A stretch of DNA of 63,223 bases, filler included, from Pirum gemmata (GCA_002812295.1; 23 parts of 23 records of this genome joined end to end with filler, not necessarily neighbours in it); one strand, 5' to 3'; numbered from the whole stretch's first letter, positions 1-12,140 are shown. Translations and numbers: made by a program. The notes: generated by a model not told the origin, from the sequence alone.

Positions 1-515
1 AATAATAAAAAATAAAAAATAAAAAATAAATTTTTTAAAATTAAAAAAAAGTTTTCTGAATGATTTTATTTTTATTTTTGTTTTTTGATTGTAAAAAAAT
101 TATATTTTATATTATATTTTTTATTATTTTTTAGTGTTGTAACTAACATTAAGGGTATCTAAGTGGTCAATAGTTTGAACAATAAAAAAAATTTTTTTTT
201 GACTCACTACAAAATTTGATCGATCAAGTCTAGTTGAAAAACAATTTCGAGCTTTACTTCATGACCACTCTTAAACATTTTTTACTTAATAATAATGTTA
301 GTAAAGGTGATTGAATCGTCATTTTGGTTTTAAACCGAACTACTCGACATAAAATAAAAATCGAACCATTTCTTCAATATATATATAAATGAACCAATAG
401 AAAAAAATGCATTTACCTTAAAGTTTATTTGATTGGACTGAAAAATTTTGCTTTTTTTTTTTTTATATATATGACTAATGGGAAGGTCAACTGCTATACT
501 ATTATATAATTTATC

Positions 516-747
516 AGTAGGGGTGAGATGACGTCATTTTATTATTACCGAACAGCTGCCCGAACTTTTTCGATATTTATGTTTTAATACTATTAATGTA
601 AACATTACTACTTTAATTGGTAACTATTATAATTACATTTACTATTTTGAGCTATTCAACTGCTATTATTAGTAAAGAACACGGAACTAAGGTTGGCTCG
701 ATAAGTATCTGTTCGAAAAAAGTTCCAGTAGATATCTCACCCCTACT
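516..747. mobile_element. MITE family A, complete copy (232 bp), TIR AGTAGGGGTGAGAT, 8-bp TSD AATTTATC
   Basis: 14-bp perfect TIRs (516-529 and 734-747). AATTTATC occurs at 508-515 and 748-755. Near-identical copies occur elsewhere in the window. Confidence 0.9.
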
Positions 748-878
748 AATTTATCCTACTTAGATTATTTATTTGGTACTTTTAAGTTTATAAACATGAC
801 TATTTTAAATTATTAAACATACCAAATTAATTAAATTGTATCAAATAAATTTGACATAGTATTATCTTGGTATTTATT

Positions 879-1102
879 AGTAGGGGTGAGATGACGTCAT
901 TTTATTATTACCGAGCAGCAGCCGGAACTTTTCCGATTTTATTGTTTATTACTATTAATGGTAATATAATTCCTTTAATTGGTATCTACAATAATTAGAT
1001 TTTCTATTTTAAGCTATTTAACTGCTATTATTAGTAAGGAACACGGAACTAAGGTTGGCTCGATAAGCATCTGTTCGAAAAAAGTTCCAGTAGATATCTC
1101 AC
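879..1102. mobile_element. MITE family A copy, right end cut by a scaffold N
   Basis: Colinear and highly similar to 516-747. Confidence 0.85.
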
Positions 1103-1113
1103 NCGATATAGAC

Positions 1114-1302
1114 TATTGCGATTTTCATTTATTTTCTCGCTCTGAATATTTATTTGGAGGGTTATAATATTTAAATTGACATTTTTAAATCAATACATAG
1201 ATAATAAAACATACCAAATTAAACTAAATAGGTTTATATTGTATTAATTTGGTACTATTTATTGTATATTTTATAACGACAAAATAACTGAAAAGCATGG
1301 TA
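1114..1302. mobile_element. MITE family C1 copy (TAT(C/T)GTG-type ends, internal TACCAAAT/ATTTGGTA motifs)
   Basis: Reverse-orientation similarity to 51832-52021. Confidence 0.7.
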
Positions 1303-1461
1303 GTCTATGTTATAATAGTATTATAATGACCTATCAATCTTTAATTTGGTACTGTTTAAGTGTATAATTGAACCTTTTTATAAAATACAACATAATTATT
1401 AATAACAATTTTATTATTTTGCTTGAACCTATATATGCGTTACGTAATTTACAATATCGAT

Positions 1462-1506
<45 letters not shown>

Positions 1507-2222
1507 TTCATCATCATCATTATCATCAATATCATCAATATCATCAACATCATGCATCAACATCATCATGTAGCCATCATCATCGATCATCATCTTCTTC
1601 ATCATCATCAACATCATCATCATAGCTATCATCATCAAAGCTATATCATCATCATCATCATTATCATTATCATCATCATCGTCATCATTATCATCATCAC
1701 CATTATTATCATACAACAACAACATCATCATCATCATCATCAATCATCATCATATTCATCATCATCATCATCATCATCACCATCATCATCTTCATCATCA
1801 TCATCAACATCATCAAAGCTATTATTATCTAAGCTATATCATCATCATCATCATCATCATCATTATCATCATCGTCATCATTATCATCATCATTATTATT
1901 ATCATCGCCATATCATCTTAATCATCATTATCATTAATATAATCATCATCAGCGATCATAATCACCATTATAAATCATCATTTTTATCATTATCATCATC
2001 ATCATCGATATATTTAATTATCATGAATTATTAATTATTATTATTAATTATTATATTATAAATATTATTATTATTTTATCATTATTAATTAACATCATAA
2101 CTAGGGTTGGGATTATAATTATGGCTGTCGTCATTATCATCATTAACAACGTTAACATTACTATTATTACTATCATCATCATCATCATCATCATGTTCAT
2201 TATTATTATTATTATTATTATT

Positions 2223-2250
<28 letters not shown>
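1462..2250. repeat. (CAT)n/(ATT)n microsatellite field
   Basis: Directly visible. It is the source of the poly-H/I/S/M/D ORF artefacts. Confidence 0.95.
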
Positions 2251-2256
<6 letters not shown>

Positions 2257-2364
2257 ATCAACCGTCAAACACAAACTTTCAGTTATTCCTGCTCAAGTAA
2301 TGCAATTTTGAATGAAGCTGGAAATTTTATTAATATTGCTTTTGATATTTGGGACACTATTTAT

Positions 2365-2464
2365 NNNNNNNNNNNNNNNNNNNNNNNNNNNNNNNNNNNN
2401 NNNNNNNNTTAATTAATTAANNNNNNNNNNNNNNNNNNNNNNNNNNNNNNNNNNNNNNNNNNNN
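2365..2464. other. Artificial contig linker N44-TTAATTAATTAA-N44 (first of 22; others near 5495, 10222, 12684, 15118, 17557, 19976, 22408, 26390, 29795, 32236, 34667, 37110, 39540, 42940, 45369, 47793, 51204, 53667, 56126, 58529, 60955)
   Basis: Identical 12-mer with stops in all six frames, embedded in N runs. Confidence 0.98.
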
Positions 2465-2580
2465 CTAACCCTAACCCTAACCCTAACCCTAACCCTAACA
2501 GTTCCCTAACCCTAACCCTAACCCTAACATTAAAGCTAACCCTAACCGTAACATTAAAGCTAACCCTAACCCTAACCCTA
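2465..2580 (-). repeat. Telomeric (TTAGGG)n tract at contig start
   Basis: (CTAACC)n on + strand with interruptions. Confidence 0.9.
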
Positions 2581-3344
2581 ATAATAGAGTTAATAGGAAC
2601 AAAAGCAATCTTATGATATGACACTATAATGACTACATGATATTTACTATCATAATAAATATTTGTTTTTATTATTTTGAATTTGTAATATGTACACGTA
2701 AAACTATTTGTCTATTAAAATTTGTCGGATTCACGGTCCCTTAGTTAGGTATACCAGGCCATGCTCCACAACACATCCACAAACACATCCACAAACACTT
2801 GGCAATATATTACTCAGTATGGATGTTAGGATGTATTAGTATGCTTAATGTATTGATATAATATTAATATATTGATGTATTGATGTATTGATGTATTGAT
2901 GTATTGATGTATTAATGTATTGATGTATTGATGTATTGATGTACTGATATATGGAACTTATATCGATGTAAATACCAAAAAAAAGATATTTTACAGTTAT
3001 TTTACAGTTATTTTACCTGGACCTCAATGGTTAGTTGTTATTGTGTAAATCTCAAAAACAAACTACTAGAGCAATTTTTTTTTTTAAAAAATAATTGCAA
3101 TACTTATTGGCCAAAAAAAGTTGTTTTATCTGCACCTCAATGTTTAGTTATTACCGAATACGGCTCAAAAACAAAACAAAAAACCAATAAAAGAACGCTA
3201 TTCATATAACAACAATAATTATTGGCGGTGGGTAACCGTGGGTTGAATAAAAAAAAAAAGGGTAATGCGGAATCTGGTCTCTAATTAGCTGTGCTTATCA
3301 TTTTTTCCCTTTTTAGTAATTTTTTTATTATTATTATCATTAGC

Positions 3345-3630
3345 CAGATATCATAGAAATCATCTTTTTTTAGACTTCTTTTCTAAAAGCCTTTTAAAAT
3401 CCCAACTAGCCAAATTATTTTTAAAAACTAGCCATTGGCTCATAATAGAATTTTTAATTAGAAGATTTCTCAAGTGTGGTTGGTAGTACTTTTAAAAATA
3501 TTGGGTCATTTAACGGATTTCGCCATTTTTATTTGGCTTGGTAGACTTCTTTTTTGGATTTTTGAGCTCATACGGATGTCCTGATGTCTACGGATGCCTC
3601 CATTTTTTTCCAGCTTATGCATAGCATGGT
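3345..3630. mobile_element. Dispersed repeat family D copy
   Basis: Shares CTAGCCAAATTATTTTTAAAAACTA and TTTTTGGATTTTTGAG blocks with 58853-59070, and in reverse with about 23400-23610. Confidence 0.6.
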
Positions 3631-3917
3631 AGTTTTTTTTGTTTTTTTGTTTTTTTTGTGTTAGCAAAGAGGCATTACTTTTAATTAAAGGCTTCCGTTT
3701 TTAGTCCAATAGGGTGTTCCTGATATCTATAGAAAGGTCTCTAGGTCTTGTTGAGCTAAATAAACGTATCAACTTTTAATTGAATTAAAAAAAAAAAAAA
3801 ACAAAATTTGAAAGTTTCGCATTTTGGAATCGGGATGAAATTAGGGTCCCTGTCAGCAAAAATTAATGTTTAAATTATCAATTTTCATTGGTCAAATCCC
3901 AATTTTTTTGTAGACTT

Positions 3918-4288
3918 TGAAAGACGGGTGTTTTTTTTTTGTATGATGACGTACATTTCATGTTGATTTGTGTTTGGAAATGAAAAAACTACATCGAGCC
4001 AAAAAACAAATCCTAATTTGGAATATTTTTTTCCATAATTAGAAAGCAAATATCTTTTTTTTCTAGTTTTTTTCATAATTAGTAATAAAAAGTTTCTATG
4101 TTTTTTCATGTCTTTTGTATAAAACAGAAAAATACATTTACGATAAAATGATTGGACAAGACTTAGGGACAAGACTATGTATGAAAGACGGGTGTTTTTT
4201 TTTATGATGACGTACAATTGATGTTGATTTGTGTTCGAAAATGAAAAAAAACTACATCAAACTGAAAAACAAATCCTAATTTGGAATA
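3918..4288. repeat. Direct repeat of about 108 bp (3918-4025 and 4181-4288)
   Basis: TGAAAGACGGGTGTTTT...CAAATCCTAATTTGGAATA occurs twice. Confidence 0.8.
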
Positions 4289-4950
4289 AAAAGCTGCTTT
4301 TTTTGGCAATTTTTTTCAGGGAAATAATTAGTAAAAAAACCTAGATAGTCTAGACTCTAGATTTACTTTTTTTTGCTTTAGTTTAGCTTTTGTGAGATTA
4401 AAGTGACGTTCTGACAACAAAATATAAATGTTTATAGAATGGGTAATAAAGTGTAATAATGATGCTATGAAGAAAATTCAATAACAAAGATTGCTTGTTT
4501 TAATAAGCTTTAGAGTAGCTTTTTTTATAATTATTAATACAATACAATACAATACAATACAATATTCATACAATACCAATACACTCCATACAGTACGATA
4601 TTGATAGATAGATACAACAATACAACAATACAACAATACAACAATACAACAATACAACAATACAACAATACAACAATACAACAATACAATAATACAACAA
4701 TACAAAAATACAACAATACAATAATACAACAATACAAAAATACAACAATANNNNNNNNNNNNNNNNNNNNNNNNNNNNNNNNNNNNNNNNNNNNNNNNNN
4801 NNNNNNNNNNNNNNNNNNNNNNNNNNNNNNNNNNNNNNTTTGTTTTGTTTGTTTTATTTGTTTTGTTAACATTATTAACATTATTAATATTAATTATTAT
4901 TATTACTTTTTATTTCATTATTTATATATTTTATTATATTATAGAAATAG

Positions 4951-5228
4951 ATTATTATGCTACTCGTAGATTCGTTTTAGGAGTATTGTTTAACGTTATT
5001 ATTGCACCCTTTGGTCGAATAAGGTTTGTTGATTTTTTTGTGGCTGATATATTAACTAGTATGGTTAAGGTGTTTACCGAATTAGCTTCGGTAATTTGTA
5101 CTATTGTTACAGGTGCTTTTGAAACTGGGGATTCTAATTCTTGTACTTTATCATATATTAAACCAGTCATTATTGCAATTCCTTTGTGGTTTAGGTTTAT
5201 GCAATGTCTTCGTCGTTATCATGATACT
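4951..5228 (+). CDS. Internal exon of an EXS-domain protein (XPR1/SYG1/PHO1 family)
   Basis: Motifs APF..IRFVDFFVADILTSM and IPLWFRFMQCLRRYHDT. AG acceptor upstream and GTAAGT donor at 5229. Confidence 0.9.
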
Positions 5229-5315
5229 GTAAGTGTTTGTTTTTAGTTTTGTTTCTTATTAGGGTTAGGGTTAGGGTTGGGGTTAAGGATAGGGGGTTAG
5301 GGTTAGGGTTAGGGT

Positions 5316-5450
5316 TATATTAAGCCAGTCATTATTATAATTCCTTTGTGATTTAGATTTATGCAATGTCTTCGTTGTTATCATGATACTGTAAGTGTTT
5401 GTTTTTAGTTTTATTTCTTATTAGGGTTAGGGTTAGGGTTAGGGTTAGGG
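5316..5450 (+). pseudogene. Degenerate duplicate of the EXS exon 3' end plus donor, flanked by TTAGGG tracts
   Basis: Copy of about 5155-5270 with TGG>TGA and other substitutions. Confidence 0.8.
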
Positions 5451-6408
5451 NNNNNNNNNNNNNNNNNNNNNNNNNNNNNNNNNNNNNNNNNNNNTTAATT
5501 AATTAANNNNNNNNNNNNNNNNNNNNNNNNNNNNNNNNNNNNNNNNNNNNATAATAATAATATTATAATAATAATTATAATACGCCACAAAAAGGCCACA
5601 AAGTGTTCATTCATACATTTGTTACCGGTAGTCTACATGAGGGTCCTAATTTCCTAAATCACTCTAGCTAGCTAGCTAGCTAAATGACTCATGTTATCGT
5701 GCAGTGTTATCGTGCTTCGTATCATTATAAAATATACGATAAAGAGTACCAAAGTAATACAATATAAATCCATTTAATTTTATTTGGTATATTTTACTAT
5801 CTATTTATTCATTTAAAAATGTTAATTTAAATATTATAACCTACCAAAAAATATTTAGAGTGATGAAAAGCAAAATTTGGTTAGGTTAGCAGGGTAAATA
5901 AAATGTAAATGGGGTCATGTAGTCTAAGTGTCATGTATAATTATAACAACAACAATTTTTATTATTAAAATTTTATAATAGTAATAATAGTACTAGTATT
6001 AATAATAATAGTAATAACAATATTGATAATCTATAAAATCTAAATTCTAGAAGCTATTCTAGATAGGTCTAGTCTTTAAATCCTTTTAAAACTTAATTAG
6101 CTAAAACTTGTTGTCTGAATATTAAATAATAATAATTTTATAACTCTTAATGTTGGTATTTTAGTATTAAATAACAAATTTTGCTAATTTTGTTGATAAT
6201 GATTAAGAAACCACTCCACGAATTAAAAAGTTGTGAATATCATGATGATTCTGATAATCAAACTGAAAAATATTTTGGAATTAATTTTGATTTCATTGTG
6301 AGTTGTACAACAACCATATGTTTTCTTGATTTTTGTATTTTACTGTCAATTAATGAAACTTATTCTGTATTTATAAAGCATATTATATTACTTTTAATTG
6401 TCAGTAAN

Positions 6409-6492
6409 CTAACCCTAACCCTAACCCTAACCCTAACCCTAACCCTAACCCTAACCCTAACCCTAACCCTAACCCTAACCCTAACCCTAACC
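6409..6492 (-). repeat. Perfect telomeric tract (CTAACC)n ending in CTAACCAG
   Basis: Directly visible. Confidence 0.95.
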
Positions 6493-6494
6493 AG

Positions 6495-6954
6495 GTATCT
6501 TCTGGCTTATGCCCTTACCCATCCTCTTGTTCTAAAATTACGAATGGAGCTAAACAATGGTCCGAACCCACTTCAGTTTCATTTTTAAACATTAATGATC
6601 AAAATCATGACATGCTAACTATACCGTTAAGTCCCGTACAAGACATTACTAAGATGTGTGGCAGTAGTAGTGATAAAGCTACTGCTTTATCGCATTTGAT
6701 GGTAGAAAATATGCAAGTGAAATTTTAGGTATTAATTCTAATTATGCACAGTGTTATCATTTACCTGGAAGTATTTCCGTTTATTGGATGCACCAACATA
6801 CTTTTAATGCAGCTATTCCTAGCGAGAGTTTCAATTGTGTTCCGGGCTTTAATGGATGCCCGTTGTATAGTAGTAAGTATACGTGTGTTGCATCAAACGA
6901 TCCCAATTTTAGTGATACCTATGCTATGGCACAAAAGTTGTTAAGCCATGCATA
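6495..6954 (+). CDS. Probable terminal exon of a Cys-containing protein of unknown function, with one frameshift near 6678
   Basis: Reads VSSGLCPYPSSCSKITNGAKQWSEP...MCGSSSDK, then in the -1 frame SYCFIAFDGRKYASEILG...CVPGFNGCP...QKLLSHA-TAA. GC content and complexity are higher than the flanks. Confidence 0.55.
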
Positions 6955-7229
6955 AATTTGTTATATAATGTGGTGATAGTGGCAGTGTTAGTGGTGGTGG
7001 TGATGGTGATGGTGATGGTGGTGGTGATGGTGATGGTGTTGGTGTTGGTGATGGTGATGGTATGGTGGTGGTGGTGATGGTGATGGTGTTGGTGTTGGTG
7101 ATGGTGATGGTGTGGTGGTGGTGGTGGTGGTGGTAGTGATGGTGATGGTGATGGTGATGGTGGTGATGATGATGATGGTGGTGGTGGTGTTGTTGGTTAG
7201 CAAAAACTCTAAACACTAAAACAACAAAG

Positions 7230-7580
7230 GGGCTGTTAGGGGTTAGGAATATAATTATGGTTATAAGGTTTAGGTTAGGGTTATAATTCGGGTTATATTT
7301 ATTTTTAATCAGGGTTATAGTTAGGCTAATTAGGCTTAGGGTTACTTTTAATCAGGTTTAGGGTTTTGGGTTAGGGTTAGGGTTAGGGTTAGGGTTAGGT
7401 TAGGGTTAGGGTTAGGGTTTAGGTTATGGTTAGGCTAATTAGGCTTAGGGTTACTTTTAAGCAGGTTTGGGGTTTTGGGCTAGGGTTTGGGTTAGGGTTA
7501 GGGTTAAGGTTAGGGTCAGGGTTAGAGTTAGCGTTATTTTTAATCGAGGTTAGAGTTAGGGTTACGGTTAGGGTTAGAGT
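7230..7580 (+). repeat. Degenerate interstitial TTAGGG tract
   Basis: Directly visible. Confidence 0.9.
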
Positions 7581-7634
7581 GAAAAAAAAAAAGGTGGGTA
7601 TACGTAGTTATATTTTTTAATATTATGATAATAT

Positions 7635-8014
7635 AATATGAAGGAGTGGGCGACGCCCCAGGTCGCATAGAAGTTCTCCGATAGGATTTTCTCGCTAATT
7701 ATAACCGTAGTTGAAAAATCGACCAGGGAGGTGATAGAAGAGATCCTAAGCTAGATTCGCGTCTGGACCCCTTTTATTGCCATTATAGGGTCTCAGATAG
7801 CGATCTGAATTTCAAAGATTTTTTTTTTTTTGTTATAATTCTATTTTATTATTATTATTAATATTATTATGATCCTATTATTATATTATTATTATTATTG
7901 ATTATTATTATTATTGACATTGTTACTAGTAGCTAACTGCAGTTGTTCAGTAACTCTATTTCTTTTCGAGAAATTCGCGCCGGAATAACCACTCTACGTC
8001 CACCCCTTCATATT
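7635..8014. mobile_element. Putative MITE with 18-bp imperfect TIRs
   Basis: AATATGAAGGAGTGGGCG (7635-7652) versus CGTCCACCCCTTCATATT (7997-8014), 2 mismatches. Confidence 0.6.
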
Positions 8015-8167
8015 TTAATTAAAATAGCTTTTTATTATTATTATGATATAATTATTATTATTGATAAGGGCCTGTTAAAAATTAAAAATAAAAATAAAAA
8101 ATAAATAAATGATAATCATATAGCATACTATCATATAATAAATAAAAAAAAAAATAAAATAAAAAAA

Positions 8168-8600
8168 CTAACCCTAATTATAAACCTAACCCTAATTATA
8201 ATCTTAACCCTGATCCTAATCCTAACCCTAACCCTAACAGTCCCTAACCCTAACCCTAACCCTAACAGTCCCTAACCCTAACCCTAACCCTAACCCTAAC
8301 CTAACCCTAACCCTAACCCTAACCCTAATCCTAATCCTAACCCTAACCCTAATCCTAATCCTAACCCTAACCCTAATCCTAACCGGACCGAAAGACCCAC
8401 ATCTGGTTCCAGTTATATATCGTATTATTATGTTTTAAATTACTAGTACTAGTACTGTAATAGTATAATCCTACAACTTAACCCTAACCGTAGCCCCAAC
8501 CCTAACCCTAACCCTAACCCTAACTCTAACCCTAACCCTAATTATAACCCTGACGCTCCCTAACCCTAACTCTAACCCTAATAGTCCCTAATGCTAACTC
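8168..8600 (-). repeat. Degenerate interstitial telomeric tract (CCCTAA)n
   Basis: Directly visible. Confidence 0.9.
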
Positions 8601-9575
8601 CTAATCAATTTTACATCTTATTTATTATAATTACCTATCATTATATAATATATATAATTATAGACGTTAATTTTATAGTTATAGTTATAGTTATAGTTAT
8701 AGTTATAGTTATAGTTATAGTTATAGTTATAGTTATAGTAGTTATAGTTATAGTTATAGTTATAGTTATAGTTATAGTTATAGTTATAGTTATAGTTATA
8801 GTTATAGTTATATAGTTATAGTTANGTAAAATACTATTTCTATTTCAATTTAAAAAAATCTTTTTTACACCAACTGATGCCAGTAAATATCATAATATCT
8901 TAGGATTTGGGGAAGAACCCGTTAACCCGAAAAAAATATCAAAATTTTTCATACTGTACTTAGCGCTACTGTTCATTAGCTTTTAATTAAAAAAAAAATT
9001 CTTTCTAAACAATTAATAGTAATACTATATATAAGATAGTAAGTATTATGTCATAAATTATCAACATTTATAAGCTACCAAAATACCGAGAAAAAATTTG
9101 CAAATTAAAATAAATACTACATAATAGTGTAGAAGCTAATATAACATAATCTACCAAATTAAATATAAAATTTAAAGATACTAAATTATATTACTGACGT
9201 GACGTAATTATTGAATATTCCCTAATGTTAATTGATAATAATAACATTAATATTTTAATAATAATAAAATAATAATTTTCAATTTTTTTTTATTATCATT
9301 ATTGTTTACGTAGTTATATTTTAATTGTCTATATGATAATATTATATTATCATGTTTTTCAATAGTGTTGTCCAGCTCAAAAAGGTATTATACTTTAAAA
9401 CCATCGTTTGGATCGATATTTTTTTTTATCCTTCATTTTGCTAAAAAAAAAAAGTGGTATCCACATGTCGATTTTAAATGGTTTTAAATATCAATCTAGG
9501 TGGGTTAGTTGACAAAAAAACCCTTCGAGATTCAATTCCATCTTCAGATTTTCCATCTAAGATTTTTTACTATCT

Positions 9576-9770
9576 AGGAGGGGTTCCCTTTGGCAAGAAA
9601 TAGGAAGCTAGGATAAATTTTTTACCTTAAATAGCTATTTATGTTCTTAACATAGGAATTTACTATATTAATTATTGCTATAAAAAGTTACAAGTTAACT
9701 TTTTATAGTAATTAAATCTAATTTTTAAGTTAAATTTTCAATTAGTATGATGACGTCATGCCATCCCTCC
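9576..9770. mobile_element. MITE family B copy (ends AGGAGGG...ATGACGTCATGCCATCCCTCCT)
   Basis: Ends match partial copies at about 45480-45513 and 47670-47748. Terminal architecture parallels family A. Confidence 0.65.
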
Positions 9771-9976
9771 TGATAATATATAAAATTTTTTAAAAAATTT
9801 CTCAAGTCTAAAAGTACCAATCTAGATGTCTTAGTTGACAAAATTACAGTTCCAGATTTAATTTCATGCCATCCCTCCTGATAATATTTTTTAAATTAAA
9901 ATTTTTTTTTTAATTAAAAAAATTATCCTAAAAAAACAAGAAAAATGTCAGCAAAAAATCCTTTTGAAGTAAAAAT

Positions 9977-10130
9977 AGTAGGGGTGAGATCATTGAGATG
10001 TCATATGGAATTTTTTTCGAGCAGATGCTTATCGAGCCAACATTAGTTCCGTGTTTCTTACTAATACTAGCAACTAAATAACTTAAAATAGTAACTTTTA
10101 TTATAGATACCTGTCCCATCATTTTACTTA
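9977..10130. mobile_element. Diverged partial MITE family A copy
   Basis: AGTAGGGGTGAGAT followed by GCAGATGCTTATCGAGCCAAC..TTAGTTCCGTG. Confidence 0.7.
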
Positions 10131-10669
10131 ATGATATTATATCGAAAAAAGAGAAATATATGTATTTTTGTGTTTTANNNNNNNNNNNNNNNNNNNNNNN
10201 NNNNNNNNNNNNNNNNNNNNNTTAATTAATTAANNNNNNNNNNNNNNNNNNNNNNNNNNNNNNNNNNNNNNNNNNNNTATTATTATGGTGTTTTTTTTTT
10301 GTTGTGTATACTATATGATGATAGGAAATGAAATTGTACGAATACGAGAAACCAGAATATCCAAACCAAGGGCCACCTGTACCAGAGTATAATGAAATAA
10401 AAGACGATTTCGATATTAAATACCAACCACCTAGTACTATAATAGCAAATAGTTTGCTTATGGACCGAGAAAGTGCGAAATTTCGCGGGTTTGAATATGC
10501 ACGGCATGCGCAAAGGTCCTTAGAGGAAGCCTTTAATTGTTTATACTTACCGAAAAGAATTAAAAATAATTGAACATTTTCCAAATCCTTTTTTGTCCTT
10601 TTGTTTATACTCACTTACCAAAAAGGTTAAAAAAGAATTGAACATTTTCAAATCTTTTAAAGACAAAAT

Positions 10670-12140
10670 CGGAATGGCTATATAATAACTAAATTTGGAA
10701 GTCTCCAAAATTGTTTAGACTTGTAGTTGAACATACCACGAGAGTGGCAAGACCAGAATCTGGCAATCCAAACGATAATACATATATGGATAAAATGTAA
10801 CTAAATTTGGAAGCTTCAATTGTTTAGATTTAGAAAAATGAATTAAAAGTAGTTGAACGTATCGTGAGAGTGGCAAGATTAGAATCTGGCAATCCGAACG
10901 ATAATACATATGGATATAACATAACTAAATTTGGAAGTCTTTAAATGTTTAGAATTTTAAAAATGAAATAAAAGTAGTTGAACATACCACGAGAGTATTT
11001 AGTGTAGTAAGACCACAATCTGATAATCCAAACGATAATACATATATGGATAAAATATAACTAAATTTGGAAGCTTCAATTGTTTAGATTTAGAAAAATG
11101 AATTAAAATTAGACAAACGTACCATGAGAGTGGCAAGATTAGAATCTGGCAATCCGAACGATAATACATATGGATATAACATAACTAAATTTGGAAGTCT
11201 TTAAATGTTTAGAATTTTAAAAATGAAATAAAAGCAGTTGAACATACCACGAGAGTAATAAGACCACAATCTGATAATCCAAAAGATAATACATATGGAT
11301 AAAATACAACTAAATTTGGAAGCTTCAATTGTTTAGATTTAGAAAAATGAATTAAAAGTAGTTGAACGTACCATGAGAGTGGCAAGATATAAATCTGGTA
11401 ATCCGAACGATAATACATATGGATAGAACATAACTGGATTTGGAAGTCTTTAAATGTTTACACTTTTAAAAATGAACTAAAAGTAGTTGAATATACCAAG
11501 AGAGTAAGTAATAAGACCACAATCTGATAATCCAAACGATAATACATATATGGATAGAACACAACTAAATTTGCAAGTCTTTTAAATGTTTAGAATTGCA
11601 AAAATGAAATAAAAGTAGTTGAGCATATTATGATACCACGACGTGAGTGGCAAGATTGGAATCTGGTAATCCAAACAATAATATACATTGATAGAACATA
11701 ACTAAATTTGAAAACGTTCAAATGGTTAGAATTGCAAATATGAATTACAAGTAGAATTTTAAAAATGAAATAAAAGTAGTTGAACATACCACGAGAGTAG
11801 TAAGACCACAATCTGATAATCCAAACGATAATACATATATGGATAAAATATAACTAAATCTGGAAGCTTCAGTTGTTTAGATTTAGAAAAATGAATTAAA
11901 AGCAGTTGAACATACCCCGAGAGTGGCAAGATTAGAATCTGGCATGCGAACGATAATAGTACACTACGGTAATACACTTTTTATGGATAGAACATAACTA
12001 AATTTGGAAGTCTTTAAGTGTTTAGTTTAATTTTTTCAAAAATGAATTAAAAGTAGTTAAACATACCACAAGAGTGGCAAGATGGGAATCTGACCGATTC
12101 GAACTATAATACATAATTATATGGATAGAACATTACCAGA
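10670..12140. repeat. Tandem satellite, about 124-bp monomers (about 12 copies) in alternating A/B subtypes
   Basis: AACTAAATTTGG or a close variant recurs at 10687, 10799, 10923, 11059, 11183, 11308, 11432, 11563, 11700, 11852 and 11996. Confidence 0.9.

Noticed and set aside
1368..2034. Poly-H/I/S/M ORFs here and similar LT/VR/LG/CC/YYF ORFs throughout the window
   Set aside because: They are translations of microsatellites and telomeric tracts, or run through N linkers.
6409..7580. Ciliate-like nanochromosome (CCCTAA...gene...TTAGGG)
   Set aside because: The enclosed sequence lacks a gene start, the right tract is degenerate and internal, and telomeric tracts occur in all orientations elsewhere.
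10328..10573. RRM-like ORF (DRESAKFRGFEY resembles RNP1 context)
   Set aside because: Only a short motif with no complete domain. At best a relic.
10670..12140. WD40- or FNIP-repeat coding array (GKIRIW, FGSFN words)
   Set aside because: Stops occur in all frames and most periods are not multiples of 3.
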